Shown piece by piece: positions 47,226 to 55,849 of a DNA stretch of 64,000 nt. The DNA is from Candidatus Iainarchaeum sp. Lineage in GTDB: Archaea > Iainarchaeota > Iainarchaeia > Iainarchaeales > JAFCCJ01. The notes below the pieces were generated by a model. The model searched no databases and was not told the origin of the DNA. It saw only the letters and a list, made by a program, of their open reading frames with translations. Made by a program: the position numbers and the translations under genes. Every line of letters starts with the position of its first letter. Positions within the stretch are counted from its first letter, which is position 1. The stretch spans positions 3,548-67,547 of the forward strand of contig JBDRHK010000015.1 in assembly GCA_043816965.1 (NCBI GenBank), written 5' to 3'.

Positions 47226-48665
47226 TTATTTCACCATTTTGCTGTTTCTTAACCAGTTCAAATCTTCGCTGAACAAATATCTAATATCTTTAATCCCAAG
47301 CTTAAACATCGCCAACCTGTCAATTCCAATCCCCCAAGCAATTGCCTGGCCCTTAATCCCCAAATTCTCCAGCATCTCAGGCCTGAACATTCCACTTCCC
47401 CCCAATTCAATCCACCCTAAATCAGGGTGCTTGGCGGAAAGTTGCACAGATGGTTCTGTAAATGGATAATAATCGGGATAAAATTTCACTTCTTCAGCCC
47501 CCGCAAATTCAATCGCAAACTGTTTCAACATCCCTAGCAGATGCCTGAAATTCAAATCTTCGCCGACAATAAATCCCTCACACTGGTTGAACTCAATCAA
47601 ATGCGTGGCATCCAAAACATCAGGCCTAAAGCATCGCGCAATCGCAAAATATTTCCCAGGAACCTGCAGATTGTGAATCAGCTGCCTTGCCGAATGTGCG
47701 GTCCCATGCGCGGCAGGCATCAATTTTGCCGCAATTTCCTCAACCCAGCTATAACCCCAGCCAGAAGAGGCAGAAACACCTCCTGTTTCGTGCGCATCCT
47801 TCACTGCCTTGACAATTTTCTTGTCAGGCAACTTTCCCAATTTAGGATTCTTCAATTGATAGGTATCGGACCAGCTCCTTGCAGGATGGTTCTGCGGCTG
47901 GAAGAGAACATCAAAATTGTAAAACTCCTGAACAACTAGAGGGGCATACATTTCCTTAAAGCCCAGTTCAGTTAACTTCCTCCTAACACTATTAAGGAAC
48001 TGAACATAAGGCTGCTTCTTTCCAATAAATATTTTCGGAACCTCGCCATGGATGTTATACTTTCTTTCCTTAACTCCCTTAAGCTGGGAAAGAACCTTCT
48101 CCCCTGGAGAATTAATCTTCACCTTCCTTTCAACAGCCTCTCTCTTCTCAACCAGCCCCCGCTTAATCAAATTCGCAACTTCAGATTCGGCCGTATTTTC
48201 AATTTCCGAGAGAATGCTTTTCCCGGATTTCCTTGAAAGAAAATCCTTCCCAACCTCTGTAATTTCAATCTCCTGTTTTCCGGGAACAATCGCAATATAC
48301 GCATTCCTCTTGTTCAAACCAAGAGCAATATTGAATTCCTGCTGGTCCAATTCAGCACTCTTTTTCAAATCATCAAAGCCCTGCCTTTCCCTCCCGCTCA
48401 AAGAATTCAGCATCCTTTCCTCAGGAAGCCCTTTCTCCAAAGCAGTCTTCCCCTTGGCAGTAAGCCCAAGCATAATTTCTCCGCTTTCGCTTAGGTCAAC
48501 AATCTTTTTCTCAGCCATCCATGCCATTGCCCTCCGCGCAGAATCAATTCCAATTCCTGCCCTTTCGCCCAATTCCTTGGCATTCATTTCCCCCCCTTCA
48601 GAGAGGGCCTTAAGCGAATCCTGCTCTATTTTTGACAAACTCTCGGCAATTGCTTTCAGATCCAT
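47226..48665 (-). CDS. pheS: Phenylalanyl-tRNA synthetase alpha subunit (archaeal type)
   Basis: Class II core motifs (HPARSWSDTY, FRPD..DATHL.EF.Q.EG, GSGMFRPE), 479 aa. Confidence 0.9.
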   Translation of the reverse strand: MDLKAIAESLSKIEQDSLKALSEGGEMNAKELGERAGIGIDSARRAMAWMAEKKIVDLSESGEIMLGLTAKGKTALEKGLPEERMLNSLSGRERQGFDDLKKSAELDQQEFNIALGLNKRNAYIAIVPGKQEIEITEVGKDFLSRKSGKSILSEIENTAESEVANLIKRGLVEKREAVERKVKINSPGEKVLSQLKGVKERKYNIHGEVPKIFIGKKQPYVQFLNSVRRKLTELGFKEMYAPLVVQEFYNFDVLFQPQNHPARSWSDTYQLKNPKLGKLPDKKIVKAVKDAHETGGVSASSGWGYSWVEEIAAKLMPAAHGTAHSARQLIHNLQVPGKYFAIARCFRPDVLDATHLIEFNQCEGFIVGEDLNFRHLLGMLKQFAIEFAGAEEVKFYPDYYPFTEPSVQLSAKHPDLGWIELGGSGMFRPEMLENLGIKGQAIAWGIGIDRLAMFKLGIKDIRYLFSEDLNWLRNSKMVK

Positions 48666-48730
48666 AATAACCCTACTATTTGAACAATGAATTAATTAAA
48701 TATTAAATAGGTGTATATATAAGTTGTCTT

Positions 48731-49123
48731 ATGAAAGATAAGAAAAAAGAGTTAATTCTGCTGGATTCCAGCGCGGTCCTAAATGACTTCAATTTCGAGT
48801 TTGATTCTGAAAAGGGCTATTACACAACCTCGAAAGTATTTGGCGAATTCAGGGATTTAAGGTCAAGGGCATTGGTTGATAATGCCCTGAAAATGGAAAC
48901 CCTGAAAATTGTCGACGCCTGCCCATTGAGCGTCCAGAATACAATGAAAGAGATTGGAAGAACCAGGCTTAGCGATGCCGATATTTCAATAGCGGCACTT
49001 GCAAGGGATTTCAAAAAAAAGAACGAAATTTTCTTAGTAATAACCGATGATTTCAGCCTGCAGGCCGCGCTGAAAAAAATCGGAATAAAATTCAAAGGGG
49101 TTTTCCGCGGAAGCATAAAATAG
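48731..49123 (+). CDS. PIN-domain protein (Nob1-like), no zinc ribbon
   Basis: LLDSSAVLN...SDADISIAALA...VITDDFSLQ matches the acidic PIN residues. 130 aa. Confidence 0.55.
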   Translation: MKDKKKELILLDSSAVLNDFNFEFDSEKGYYTTSKVFGEFRDLRSRALVDNALKMETLKIVDACPLSVQNTMKEIGRTRLSDADISIAALARDFKKKNEIFLVITDDFSLQAALKKIGIKFKGVFRGSIK

Positions 49124-49936
49124 CTATGCTTCAATTTCAACTTCAATTTCCTCTTCACCAATTCCTGTTTCGAGTTCCGAGTGATTAACGATATATTCCT
49201 GAACCCTGCCGCTTATTTCTTTTCTTTTGAGATAGGCGCCCCCAAAGACTATCAGCAAAAACAAACCGGAAAGGACTAGCAAGTTATAATCCGAAATAAT
49301 TTCGAGGACAATTCCGCTGATTAGGCTAAACAGGTCAAGCCCTTCGGGAACAATCGGCTTAGGTACCCTGTATTCGATATTGATGATTGTCCTGTTTGTG
49401 CCGTGCAGCTCAACATTGTTAGGCCCAAAAAGCGTTGCCTCCGGCGGGAGAAGGTCAGCGGAAATCTCTGCCTCAAAAGGCAAGATAAATTGTATTTTGG
49501 TTTCATCCGGTATAGAAATCAGCCCGCCGCTTATGAAATTCTGAAACACATCCTCCCTGAATTTCCAGTCTGTTTCCCTTAAAGTATCTGATTCAATAAC
49601 CGCAATCCCGTCCAGCCCATACTCAAAAGTAACTGAGTTTTCACCATAACTTATGCTCACATCATGGATTCTATTTTCCCCCTGTATTTCGCCAAAGTGC
49701 GGGCCAAACCAGGAGAAATCAGCCCTCCACGCATCAATGCTTGATGTGTTTTCACTCGCGGTTTGGGCAAAGATATCCCTTTCCCCGGCGAAAAAACTGA
49801 GCTCATATTTTTCAGTTATTTTCGCATTGCCCTCATCGTCAACCTCAACCGTAATAATATTCTCCCTTACACTGAGAGAATTTACCACGGGAACAATAAG
49901 GCAGAATAACAGGGCCAGTGCAATAAATTTCTTCAT
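49124..49936 (-). CDS. Secreted/anchored hypothetical protein
   Basis: Signal peptide MKKFIALALLFCLIVPVVNS, a C-terminal TM helix and an acidic tail. Confidence 0.4.
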   Translation of the reverse strand: MKKFIALALLFCLIVPVVNSLSVRENIITVEVDDEGNAKITEKYELSFFAGERDIFAQTASENTSSIDAWRADFSWFGPHFGEIQGENRIHDVSISYGENSVTFEYGLDGIAVIESDTLRETDWKFREDVFQNFISGGLISIPDETKIQFILPFEAEISADLLPPEATLFGPNNVELHGTNRTIINIEYRVPKPIVPEGLDLFSLISGIVLEIISDYNLLVLSGLFLLIVFGGAYLKRKEISGRVQEYIVNHSELETGIGEEEIEVEIEA

Positions 49937-50125
49937 AGTATTATAAGTGCTTTAATTGATTATAAATTTATTCATTTTATGAGTGCCGAAAAATATCCTG
50001 AAAAAATAAAAATTGCGGAAAGTATCCCAATTAATTTTATTTAGTTAATGAATTTCATTTTTTTCCCTTAAAACATTGATTTAAATTCCCCCCAGATTTA
50101 TCTATTATAGTTCTATGGTGTTTTG

Positions 50126-50812
50126 ATGAAGATTCAGTACCTTGCCCACTCGTTTTTCAAGTTTTCATTCAAAGGGCTGAATGTTTTGGTTGACCCTTTC
50201 ATCAATCACAACTCGAAAGATGCGAAGTACAAATCACTCATCGAATGCCCTGTTTGTGAGGATGATCTTAATGACATAAGCCTTATTCTAGTCACCCATG
50301 AGCATTTCGACCACTGCGACAGGCAGGCAATTGAGTGCATTGCGAAAAGGGACTCAGCCTGTGTTGTTGCCCATGAAAGTGTCATGAGGAATCTGGATAT
50401 TCCCGATACGCTGAAAAAGCCGGTTTCAATAGGCGAGAATATAAATTTTAAGGGCGCGGCTGTAAAGGCATTTCCTGCCCATCATCCAAGTTCATTTTAT
50501 CCAATGTCATTTCTCCTAACCTGTGATAATCTTTCACTTTTCCATGCAGGGGACACTGACATACTTGATGCCTTCAATAGCATCACTCCTGATATTGCCC
50601 TCCTCCCAATAGGCGGGAATATGACAATGGACCTGATTGATGCCGTAAAGGTAACCAAAACAATGAAGCCAAGAGCAGCGATACCAATGCACTACAACAC
50701 ATTTGATTTCATAATGGCCGATCCAAGTGAATTCAGCTACAGGATTAATAAGAGCATATTGAAAACAAAGCCCATTATCCTTGAACCAGGCAAATCATTT
50801 TCCCTTGAATAA
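50126..50812 (+). CDS. Metallo-beta-lactamase-fold hydrolase (UPF0173-like)
   Basis: MKIQYLAHSFF...LVDPF, LVTHEHFDH, HAGDT. Confidence 0.75.
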   Translation: MKIQYLAHSFFKFSFKGLNVLVDPFINHNSKDAKYKSLIECPVCEDDLNDISLILVTHEHFDHCDRQAIECIAKRDSACVVAHESVMRNLDIPDTLKKPVSIGENINFKGAAVKAFPAHHPSSFYPMSFLLTCDNLSLFHAGDTDILDAFNSITPDIALLPIGGNMTMDLIDAVKVTKTMKPRAAIPMHYNTFDFIMADPSEFSYRINKSILKTKPIILEPGKSFSLE

Positions 50813-51514
50813 TTCTTCCGCACTTTTCAGGTCTTCCTTATCGCCAATATCTGCACAGAGCCCATCATAAATTTTAACCATTACTTTCCCTTCTTTGGCG
50901 AGGGCATTAATGGCGTCAACAATTTCATACTCCCTGCGCTTGCTCATCTTGACTTTTTCTATCTTCTTGAAAATCTTTTCATTGAAGCGGTAAATGCCTG
51001 CATTAATTATTTTGGAACTGATACTCCCGAATTCCGGCTTCTCCACAATTTTTTCCAGCCTCTCTCCCGATAATTCCATAACCCCATATCTCCAGGGGTC
51101 ATCAACCTCCCTTCCCACAACAACCGCATCAGATGTATCGAATTCATCCTTGTGGGCAAGGCCCGTTATCAGTTCCTTTTCAACAACAACATCTCCATTC
51201 ATTACAAGAAAATCGCCCTCACCTATAAACTCCTTTGCAAGCCCGATTGCATGGGCAGTCCCCAGCTGTTTTTCCTGCCAGAGATAGTTGATGGGAACTC
51301 CCCTATAACTTCCCTTGAAATAGTTCTCAACATTTTCCTTCAAATAACCGACAACAATCTCAATCTCCCCAATCCCTGCATCCACCAATGAATCAAGAAT
51401 CCTCTCAAGAATCGGCCTGCCGCCCAACTTAACCATGACTTTTGGGATTCCATTTGTAAGGGGCCTTAACCGCACTCCCTTTCCTGCCCCAAGAACAACA
51501 GATTTCATCATCAC
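50795..51514 (-). CDS. Sugar-phosphate nucleotidyltransferase
   Basis: VVLGAGKGVRLRPLTNGIPKVMV (GxGxRLxPLT), 239 aa. Confidence 0.8.
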   Translation of the reverse strand: MMMKSVVLGAGKGVRLRPLTNGIPKVMVKLGGRPILERILDSLVDAGIGEIEIVVGYLKENVENYFKGSYRGVPINYLWQEKQLGTAHAIGLAKEFIGEGDFLVMNGDVVVEKELITGLAHKDEFDTSDAVVVGREVDDPWRYGVMELSGERLEKIVEKPEFGSISSKIINAGIYRFNEKIFKKIEKVKMSKRREYEIVDAINALAKEGKVMVKIYDGLCADIGDKEDLKSAEELFKGK

Positions 51515-51516
51515 AC

Positions 51517-52428
51517 CTATAATTCAATCTCCATAAGGTCCTTGGCAGCATAGCTTTGGGCAAAAACCATCCTTGCCTCATTTTCCATTTTTTCGGTTTC
51601 CTTATGCCTTGGGGAAATATGGGTCAGGTATAATTTTCCGGCCCCTGCCCTTTCAGCGAGCCTTGCAACATCCTTAACCATGGAGTGTTTTGTTTCAACA
51701 GCACGGGATTTCATCTTTTCGGTGAATGATGATTCATGAATTAAAATATCTGCCCCGCTAATTTCCTCAAGGTAACTCTCACTCACAACAGTGTCCATCA
51801 CAACCGCAATCATTTTACCCTTTCTCCCTTTCGAGTAATCCATCACCTGCTCAGGCTTGAATCTTTTATTGCCGACTTTAACACTCTCTCCCTTTTGCAG
51901 TTTGCTCCAAAGAGGCCCCTCAGGAATTTCCAGTTTAAGTGCCGTTTCCCTTGAAAACTTTCCGGCCTTTCCCTCCTCCCTGAAAACATATCCCCTTGTC
52001 GGCACCTCATGCTTCAGTGGAAAGCTGCTTACCTCAAAACCATTGCCATTCAGGATTACGCCGTTTTTTGCCTCAACACATTTAATCTCGAAATTCGGTT
52101 TCAGCCCGATAAGATTAATGCTCTTTTCCACGAATTCCTTTACTCCCTTTGGGCCATATACCTTGACCGGATAATCCCTCCCATGCAAAGCCATTGTGGC
52201 AAACAATCCTGGAAGGCCCAAAACATGGTCTGCATGGAAATGGGAAAGGAAAATATTCTGGATTTTCATATAGCTGACCTTTGCCCTAATCATCTGCCTT
52301 TGCGTTCCCTCAGCACAGTCAAAAAGGAACCACTCACCATTGAACCTGAGGGCTATAGAACTCAGGTTTCTGTCCTTCGTGGGGTTGCTGCACCCTGTCC
52401 CTAAAAAAATGATTTTCATTTTCTCCAT
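51517..52428 (-). CDS. rnz: Ribonuclease Z (tRNA 3' endonuclease)
   Basis: IIFLGTG..., LFDCAEGTQRQ, HFHADH (HxHxDH), 303 aa. Confidence 0.85.
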   Translation of the reverse strand: MEKMKIIFLGTGCSNPTKDRNLSSIALRFNGEWFLFDCAEGTQRQMIRAKVSYMKIQNIFLSHFHADHVLGLPGLFATMALHGRDYPVKVYGPKGVKEFVEKSINLIGLKPNFEIKCVEAKNGVILNGNGFEVSSFPLKHEVPTRGYVFREEGKAGKFSRETALKLEIPEGPLWSKLQKGESVKVGNKRFKPEQVMDYSKGRKGKMIAVVMDTVVSESYLEEISGADILIHESSFTEKMKSRAVETKHSMVKDVARLAERAGAGKLYLTHISPRHKETEKMENEARMVFAQSYAAKDLMEIEL

Positions 52429-52531
52429 TAGGAATTACTTGCCTGAAAAGATTTAATAAAGAAATCATGCCTTACTGGAACGATTAACCGCAACATTAGG
52501 TTAATTAATTTGTTTATTTACTATTCTAACT

Positions 52532-53554
52532 ATGGCTGAGAAATCCAAATACCCGGATACCAATAAGATAGAGGTTCCCCGCAAGCTTATTGACCAGGTT
52601 ATCGGGCAGGAATCTTCAGTGGAGCTTATCCGGAAAGCCGCCGCGCAAAAAAGAAATGTATTGCTTGTAGGCCTCCCAGGAACTGGAAAATCAATGCTTG
52701 CCCAGGCAATGTCTGAAATTCTGCCGATTCAGCGTTTGGTGGATGTCCTAATTTACCCCAATTCCGAGGATGCCAATACCCCGAAAGTGAGGGTTATGAG
52801 GGCAGGAGAGGGGCAGAAAGTTCTCCAACGGGCAAGGCTGGATGCAAAGGGCCAGGAAGACAATATTAGGCTGATGGGCCTGCTTCTCCCTTTGGGCTGG
52901 TTTATAATAACCTGGCTGATGTATGCTGTTTTTGGCTTAATGCATGTGAATGTTTATGCCGCAAGCCTTATTTTGGGCGGATTCCTTATAGTCGCACTTG
53001 CATTAGGGAGCCAGATGAAAATAAGGCAGGGAACAACAATCCCAAAACTCCTAATTAACAATGCCGGAAAAAAGATTGCCCCTTTTATTGAGGCAACTGG
53101 TGCAAGGGCAGGTGCATTGCTAGGGGATGTAAGGCATGACCCGCTGCAATGTTTTTACGGCTTTAACGTGCTTTATTTACAAAAAGAAGATCAAAATGGA
53201 TCTGAATTTGTAGAAAAACCATTTTTAGAGCTTTGGGAAGAAATGTACGAAAAGTATGGCAAAGAAGTTATACGAAACAGTAAAGGATACGAAGCAATAA
53301 TGATTCCGCCTGAGGAAAAGATTTATACTTTGGGGCATAAAGATGGCAAGGTCATTTTATCAAGAATACTTTCCCTTAACAGACAGCCTTTTGAGGGAGA
53401 GCTTGTTGAATTAAAAGTTGGAGATAAGACAGTTTCATTGACGCCAGAGCATAAAGTAGATACTGCAAAAGGCGACAAAGAGGCAGGTCAGATTTCTGAA
53501 AGAGACGGTTTGATTAAACTGGTTAAGGTTGAACTTGCCAAGATTCTCAGTTAG
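52532..53554 (+). CDS. lonB: LonB protease N-terminal fragment (AAA+ Walker A + TM hairpin) fused to intein N-fragment
   Basis: VIGQESSVELIRKAAAQKRNVLLVGLPGTGKSMLA, two TM helices, GALLGDVRHDPLQ, then Cys207 onwards is a Hint N-region. Stop at 53552-53554. Confidence 0.85.
   Translation: MAEKSKYPDTNKIEVPRKLIDQVIGQESSVELIRKAAAQKRNVLLVGLPGTGKSMLAQAMSEILPIQRLVDVLIYPNSEDANTPKVRVMRAGEGQKVLQRARLDAKGQEDNIRLMGLLLPLGWFIITWLMYAVFGLMHVNVYAASLILGGFLIVALALGSQMKIRQGTTIPKLLINNAGKKIAPFIEATGARAGALLGDVRHDPLQCFYGFNVLYLQKEDQNGSEFVEKPFLELWEEMYEKYGKEVIRNSKGYEAIMIPPEEKIYTLGHKDGKVILSRILSLNRQPFEGELVELKVGDKTVSLTPEHKVDTAKGDKEAGQISERDGLIKLVKVELAKILS
53150..53551 (+). mobile_element. Intein N-terminal splicing fragment (IntN, 134 aa)
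   Basis: CFYGFNVLYLQ... (block A, Cys1) and VSLTPEHKV (block B TxxH). Terminated by a stop about 30 aa after block B. Confidence 0.75.
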
Positions 53555-53607
53555 AGATATGCCCTATCTTGTTGATAAGGGGCAGCCTCCAGAAAATTAA
53601 CGTTCAA

Positions 53608-54108
53608 TTAGGCTTCAACAAATTGCCCTGTTTCTAGATTTCTTTTGCATTTGTCCCAAGTATAAACTCTGCCATTCATTGCAATGTAAACGCCGTTCTC
53701 AAGGACATTTATAAGGCCAATTGCCACCCCGATATTAAATGAGGCATCTGAATTAGAGAATTTTTCTGGCCTCATAGCGCCTGTCAAAATTATAACTTTA
53801 TTAATATCGCTTAGATTTTTGGCAGTTTCAATCATTGTATCTGTTCCATGGGTAATTATAATTTTATCAGCATCTGCCTTTTGGCAAGCAGCATATATTT
53901 TCTACCTGTCTTTTTCTGTAATGTCTAGGCTATCTTTTTTGAGAACTGAGATCACTTCAAAATCAAAGCAGGGATTTACTTTTTGCAGTATTCTTGTTAC
54001 GGCAGGTTCAGCGATTTCAAAGGCATACCCATTTGTCGTTCTTGGATAGTCTTTATCAATTGTTCCCCCAGTTTGAATGAAAAATATCTTCATAGTATAA
54101 CCAAGCAA
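53608..54108 (-). pseudogene. Short L-asparaginase-family (N-domain) gene interrupted by one in-frame TAG
   Basis: MKIFFIQTGGTIDKDY (TGGTI) ...EKDR-TAG(53902-53904)-KIYAACQKADADKIIITHGTDTM (HGTDT)...ILTGAMRP. The two track ORFs (53902..54108 and 53608..53835) are in the same frame. Confidence 0.6.
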
Positions 54109-54319
54109 TAAAATAGTTTAAATAACATAGGATTCAAAGTAGGCCGTATTTTTAAAAAATTCACCACCTCCAATAGAGAATTTTTTCTAAGGACTCTGAT
54201 TTTCTCGGCTTAAACCTTTGCACGCCTGATTTCTACTTTTGGTGCAAAGGATTTAATGCCTCCAAAATCAGCAGAGACGTCCACGAAAAAATTCATTATT
54301 CTTGGAGGTGGTTTGATTG

Positions 54320-54451
54320 ATGAATTTTCAAAATATTCAACTTCCCACAAGGGGAGAGATAAGGATGGCTGAAGAACTAGCCAGGTCAAATCCGGAGAAC
54401 CTGACAGACAGGGAACTCTGGATTCTGAAAGAGACAGTGGGTGATTTCTAA
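54320..54451 (+). CDS. Small ORF (43 aa) with strong SD, translationally coupled (TAATG) to the LAGLIDADG gene
   Basis: GGAGGTG at 54304-54310, ATG at 54320. MNFQNIQLPTRGEIRMAEELARSNPENLTDRELWILKETVGDF*. The stop overlaps ATG 54451. Confidence 0.4.
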   Translation: MNFQNIQLPTRGEIRMAEELARSNPENLTDRELWILKETVGDF

Positions 54452-55527
54452 TGCTTTTCCCGCATCGGAAGCCTACTCCCAAAATAGTTTATAAGAGTGA
54501 AAAACAGAATTTTAACAGAAGGGCTATAATGTTGATCACTGAACAAGACATAATTAATACTTATTCACAAGAGGAACAATGCTCTTGTAGAAAATATGTT
54601 GAATACAAGGAACTAATGCGAGAGAATCCTTCTTTTGGTTATAAGCGTTGTGCAAAACTATTAGGCGTTTCTCAGGGCAGAGTAAGGTGGTGGCATACCA
54701 AAGGGGCAAAGAGAGCAGTTCCATTAGCCCTGAAGGCGGTTGAGAAACTTAAGAACGTTGGCATAATTCCATTTACTGAAGAGCACAAACACGCCAACGT
54801 AATTCTCAATATTTTAGGGACCCTTTTTGGAGATGGCGGAATTGACAGAAGGCTCAATACAGCGGCGTTCATCTCCTCAGACAAAAAGGATGTTGATTTA
54901 TGGAAGAAAGATTTGCTCGAGGCATTTCCCTTTGCAAAAAACAAAATGAATCTTGTAGAAGGGGGAGAGTGGGGGCATTCATATAACATTAGGACTTTTG
55001 ATAGGAGTATTATAAGATTCTTTGTTGCATTAGGAGCGCCAGTTGGGGATAAGGTTGCTATAAAATACAGTTTGCCAAACTACATTTTCAACGTATCCTA
55101 CGAACATAGGATTGCATTTTTGGATGGTATGTTAGCATCAGAGGTCTCAGTTCCGAGATTTAGGGACGATTCTTACCAGAACAAGAGATTCACAGATTTC
55201 AGTTTAAGTTTATCAAAAATTGATACATTACAAGACGAGCATAGGCTTTTTATGAGGAGTTTTGAAGATTTATTAAATTCTGTTGAAGTGGCCACAACAG
55301 GTAATCTGAGAAAAGATTTTCATCTAAAAAGAAAAAGAAAGGACGGTCATTTAAGTTCGCCTTACAGGATTTTCATTAGAACAATTTTTTGGAGAGTTTT
55401 ATATTTCAACAATTTATTTCCTTTAAGGTACTGTCATGGCAAGAAAAAACGTCTGCAAAAAGAAATTGAATTTGCAGTAAACTACAAGCAGAAATCTGTT
55501 AAACGGGGATTGGAGAAATGCCTATGA
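54451..55527 (+). mobile_element. Free-standing LAGLIDADG homing endonuclease gene with N-terminal HTH
   Basis: ILGTLFGDGGID and IAFLDGMLASEVS (two LAGLIDADG motifs). HTH-like YKRCAKLLGVSQGRVRWW. Alternative start ATG 54529. Confidence 0.7.
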
Positions 55528-55637
55528 AATCTGTTTTAAAAATACTATTGGTGTTGGCTATACTTGCTGGTTTTATTTTTTTAGCATCCTATGTATTTGG
55601 TTTTATTAATATGCTTGTTTTTTCTACAATTTTCTAA
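55524..55637 (+). CDS. Small hydrophobic peptide ORF (37 aa), ATGA-coupled to the endonuclease gene
   Basis: MKSVLKILLVLAILAGFIFLASYVFGFINMLVFSTIF*. Hand translation with no further support. Confidence 0.25.
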   Translation: MKSVLKILLVLAILAGFIFLASYVFGFINMLVFSTIF

Positions 55638-55726
55638 CTGCGGCAAATCGAGTTGTAGAAATGTAATTTTATTGTGATATCCTTGCAATGCAAGATATTT
55701 AATAATATTGTAATTATTATCTATTT

Positions 55727-55849
55727 ATGGAACATAAATCAAAAACAGAGAGGGTTTCTTCAGTATCTAAGCGGCCTTTTAGGGGTCATGTCTATAATGT
55801 TACAACTGAAACAGGCAACCTCTTTGTTGAGGATGTTCTGGTTCACAAT
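55727..55849 (+). mobile_element. Intein C-terminal splicing fragment (IntC, 41 aa; blocks F and G, His-Asn / Ser+1)
   Basis: [22 protein letters not shown] followed by Ser at 55850-55852. Confidence 0.75.

Noticed and set aside
17783-54108. Genetic-code reassignment (TGA or TAG read as sense) suggested by the two in-frame stops
   Set aside because: Both codons terminate well-defined conserved genes in the same window (TGA for apgM, TAG for cdc48 and the NFACT-R gene). Isolated nonsense mutations in accessory genes are the simpler explanation.
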